A stretch of 64,000 bases of DNA from positions 446 to 64,445 of the forward strand of contig JAMCPM010000019.1 of the NCBI GenBank assembly GCA_023382335.1, written 5' to 3'. Both the position numbers and the translations under genes were made by a program. Positions 61,646 through 64,000 of this stretch are shown one piece after another (position 1 is the stretch's first letter; the number at the start of each line of letters is the position of its first letter). Source of the stretch: Actinomycetota bacterium. GTDB taxonomy: Bacteria > Actinomycetota > Thermoleophilia > BMS3ABIN01. Under the pieces are notes generated by a model, which saw only the letters and a list, made by a program, of their open reading frames with translations, was not told where the DNA came from and ran no database searches.

Positions 61646-62010
61646 GATTTATTCTTTCCTTTGGCCTCTCGGGCCTTAATTACTGCCCTGTATGCTCTAA
61701 CAACTGATTCAAGCTCTTCGCTGGTCATGTTTGGGACTTCCTTGAACATGAGAGTCATTCCGGGGTCAGTCAGTCCCAAATCTTCCAACCTGGCTTCCAG
61801 GAGCAGATCGGTCATTTCCTTTTGGGTCATGCCCAGCGCTCTGGACCATTTCTTGAGCTTATCGGGCTGGGGGAGGAAGTGACCGTTCTCAACGTCAGAG
61901 ACATAACTTTTGGACTCATAACCGAGGACCTTAGCGATGTCGCTCTGCTTTAGTCCTCGCTCAAGCCGGGCCTGTTTGATTTTCTTACCAAATGCTTCTT
62001 TGACACTCAT
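61642..62010 (-). CDS. XRE-family helix-turn-helix regulator
   Basis: KIKQARLERGLKQSDIAKVLGYESKSYVSDVENG HTH. ATGA overlap with the recombinase start. Confidence 0.85.
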   Translation of the reverse strand: MSVKEAFGKKIKQARLERGLKQSDIAKVLGYESKSYVSDVENGHFLPQPDKLKKWSRALGMTQKEMTDLLLEARLEDLGLTDPGMTLMFKEVPNMTSEELESVVRAYRAVIKAREAKGKNKS

Positions 62011-62115
62011 AATTAGTTCGCCAATTTACGGACTTTGTTGAAGTCATCATCTCATGGATTTGAAAGTGATGCAAGAGTTATCTAGTTTGATCTTATACTA
62101 GCAAGATGCTTCTTA

Positions 62116-63159
62116 TTAGTCAGAAGAGCTTTCGATCATTCCGCCATGGCTGGCAACGTACTCTTCGGCCGCATCGGGATTGAGTAAAGCGAAGAAACCG
62201 AGCGAACTCATTGATGCACCATTACCCTCTGGGTACACGACATCGTAAACGTCTATGTCATACTCTTTCTTGAATGCCTCGATCCCAAATTTGGCTATAT
62301 AAGCCTTCTCGCCCATGTTGGCTATATAATCATCCCTATACCACTTTTCAGCCAGAAGTTTAAATTTGTTCTTGCGCCCGGCCCTAAAGTCGTTCATGTA
62401 CTCGTCCTCATCATACTTAATATCGATATCCGCCTGGAATCCGTATTTATCGCAAAAATTTTCCTTTGCAAGTGCATAAGGCTGCGGCATGATGGGCCAA
62501 GGGGGCAGAGGGGGGCGACCGCGGCGCTTTCTCTCTGACGGATAGTGACCCCCATGATCAGTCGCACCCTGTCGGCGCTCACTTTCCCATGTATTACACC
62601 ACAAGCAAGCCCAAGCTAGATTCTCGGGCTCATTACCACCACCATCTCTTCTTGGTATCAGGTGTTCCAGACTGCCTATCCTCCGACCAATGTCTTCCCA
62701 TGGCAGCTTACGACCTGTCTTTGCGTCGTAAGGCAGTGTTTCAACGCATAACGAATCGCAATAAACACAGCGACCTTGCGCTTTCACGAGGATTGACCAG
62801 ATATCTTCGGCCGTGATTTGGTTAGCTGGATCAGCTGCATTCGCTTTCCGCGTGCGTGCTTCGCACATTTTCTTAGCCGCTGACGACTTACTTTTCATTT
62901 TCCTAAGAAAAGCCGACCAATTCTCATATGTCGGAGGATGTGATTTCTTAAGAAATTTCTTTTGGGTAGCTCCTCTTTTTTGCCTCCGTGCATATTCTAA
63001 ACGTTCCACTTTTTGCATCATCTTATCGGGGCCGTGCTTTTTTATACTTTTGTCCCACTCCTGAGTAGTAAAGTATCCTCGCCTAATAGCAAGATCTTTT
63101 GAAATATCAAGTAAATATTTTCGAAGCTCCCGCATGACATGGTCCTTTCTGAAAGTCAT
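62116..63159 (-). CDS. HNH-endonuclease-domain protein with unrecognised N- and C-terminal regions
   Basis: CVYCDS...GSLEHLIPRRDGGGNEPENLAWACLWCNTWESERR is an HNH beta-beta-alpha-metal motif. Basic N-terminal ~125 aa and acidic C-terminal ~130 aa. Alternative ATG at 63135 after AAAGGA. Confidence 0.75.
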   Translation of the reverse strand: MTFRKDHVMRELRKYLLDISKDLAIRRGYFTTQEWDKSIKKHGPDKMMQKVERLEYARRQKRGATQKKFLKKSHPPTYENWSAFLRKMKSKSSAAKKMCEARTRKANAADPANQITAEDIWSILVKAQGRCVYCDSLCVETLPYDAKTGRKLPWEDIGRRIGSLEHLIPRRDGGGNEPENLAWACLWCNTWESERRQGATDHGGHYPSERKRRGRPPLPPWPIMPQPYALAKENFCDKYGFQADIDIKYDEDEYMNDFRAGRKNKFKLLAEKWYRDDYIANMGEKAYIAKFGIEAFKKEYDIDVYDVVYPEGNGASMSSLGFFALLNPDAAEEYVASHGGMIESSSD

Positions 63160-63514
63160 ACTAATCAGCCCAAGACACCGATATCAGGATATTGCTGAGA
63201 TCGGATGGTCATATACTTTATCACTCATACCGGATAGAAATACTATTGGAAATCTCGCCTGCCAGCTTCTTATTACGCATCTTAAATATCTGTTTTAAGA
63301 GGCGATCTTAATAGGCCACGTATTGATTTGCCTGTTGATCTCGTATCAAGACCTGAAATCAATACCTTCCAGGATCTTGCGTTGCATCTTGTTTCCGCTA
63401 CAAGACCCGATTACAAGGGGCAGATTCTGGTCTGTCAGGGTGTTACATTGCCTGTTTCAATTAATAGAAACACCCTATAGTAATAGGCAAAACCCCTGAA
63501 AACAAAGCAAAACC

Positions 63515-63719
63515 AAAAGGGGAATTAACTGAATTTCCGGGGCATTTGGCCCGCTCCAATCCAGCGTCGTCTGGTCTCATTTTGTAGGTCAAAATGAGCC
63601 CCGACTTCCCACCATTTCGACCTAAAGGTTTCCCTCGCGCCGTTGTCTCTCGGCGAATGGCGGGAAGTCTGGGCTGCGCCCAGACGACGGCTCCCTGCAG
63701 TCGCCTTAATTCCCCTTTT
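63515..63719. ncRNA. ~205-nt nested-helix element of unknown class (candidate structured RNA, ssDNA origin or MITE-like unit)
   Basis: Perfect 14-bp closing helix 63515-63528/63706-63719. Perfect 10-bp helix 63565-63574/63680-63689. 8-bp hairpin 63576-63583/63591-63598. 11-bp helix 63603-63613/63659-63669. 5-bp hairpin 63638-63642/63651-63655. Confidence 0.6.
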
Positions 63720-63801
63720 TTTAAAAAGCCAACGAACCTATGGCATTCCGTCCGGCGGCACTGATAATATTACATCTCATTTATTGTCTGATTCATTTTC
63801 C

Positions 63802-64000
63802 ATGACATCATACGAAACAGACTGGCTTAAGAAATGCCCTGTTTGTAAACAGGGACCCCTTTCTGCGCCTGAAGAAAAGAAAATATTTGGATTTCTACCA
63901 GGTGGCAAGTTTTGTAAATGTCCGAAATGCGGCGCCTCTTTTAATAAAAAGAGTAGCGGTGCGCGCCTTACCTCAGTTCAAAACAAAGATAATCCGATTT
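63802..64000 (+). CDS. zinc-ribbon protein, 5' part (runs off window end)
   Basis: ATG at 63802, open to the window end. CPVC...CKCPKC motif. No family recognised. Confidence 0.4.
   Translation, partial: MTSYETDWLKKCPVCKQGPLSAPEEKKIFGFLPGGKFCKCPKCGASFNKKSSGARLTSVQNKDNPI

Larger units (their letters stand above)
60154..64000. mobile_element. integrated element (prophage-like or integrative island) abutting the tRNA-Pro 3' end; continues past the window
   Basis: Abrupt drop in GC directly after the tRNA CCA. Gene content: large serine recombinase, XRE regulator, HNH protein. The far boundary is not in the window. Confidence 0.75.

Noticed and set aside
63515-63719. Retron msr/msd ncRNA: 14-bp a1/a2-like closing repeat, with a G immediately after the repeat on the minus strand.
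   Set aside because: No reverse transcriptase gene lies on either side within the window. The ORF downstream on the minus strand is the HNH protein, and the interior is a multi-branch structure rather than one long msd hairpin. It cannot be excluded if an RT lies beyond 64000 on the plus strand, but nothing here supports it.
62116-63719. IscB/HEARO (omega-RNA guided nuclease) locus, because an HNH protein lies downstream of a structured RNA-like element.
   Set aside because: The 347-aa protein shows no RuvC motifs and no PLMP-type N-terminus. It is shorter than IscB, and about 350 nt separate the element from the ORF. I cannot match the helices to the HEARO consensus from memory.

Overview
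GC-rich bacterial chromosomal segment whose gene order and protein families look like a Gram-positive-type anaerobe (Actinomycetota/Bacillota-like). The taxon cannot be fixed from the sequence alone. Most of the window is housekeeping core: pyrG; an xerD-deoB-pdp cluster; hisS-aspS; mnmA; alaS-ruvX-mltG; recO; glyQS; ppdK; the dgt-dnaG-rpoD operon; a TPP-riboswitch-controlled thiE-thiC-thiL-thiD operon; gltX; three peptidoglycan hydrolases; a flavodiiron protein; an ABC-2 exporter; an orphan pilT. There are four tRNAs: Asn-GTT, Glu-CTC, Gln-CTG and Pro-CGG. Signalling content is a PAS-GAF-GGDEF cyclase, a SigB/SigF-type sigma factor with its own GTTTAA-N13-GGGTAG promoter next to DUF948/YtxH genes, and an AT-richer hybrid histidine kinase plus REC-HD-GYP pair. 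Three accessory or compositionally deviant blocks stand out: (i) 1-800; (ii) roughly 39.4-47.1 kb, around tRNA-Asn; (iii) 60154 to the window end, an AT-richer integrated element abutting tRNA-Pro. The element carries a large serine recombinase whose ORF reads through the tRNA, an XRE regulator, an HNH-domain protein of unknown family, and a ~205-nt nested-helix element of unknown class. I consider that element and the cysteine-rich CW module (free-standing and inserted in the kinase) the best candidates for something undescribed. No rRNA, CRISPR array or transposase was recognised. Many long ORFs on the track are antisense shadows of GC-rich genes and were not called.
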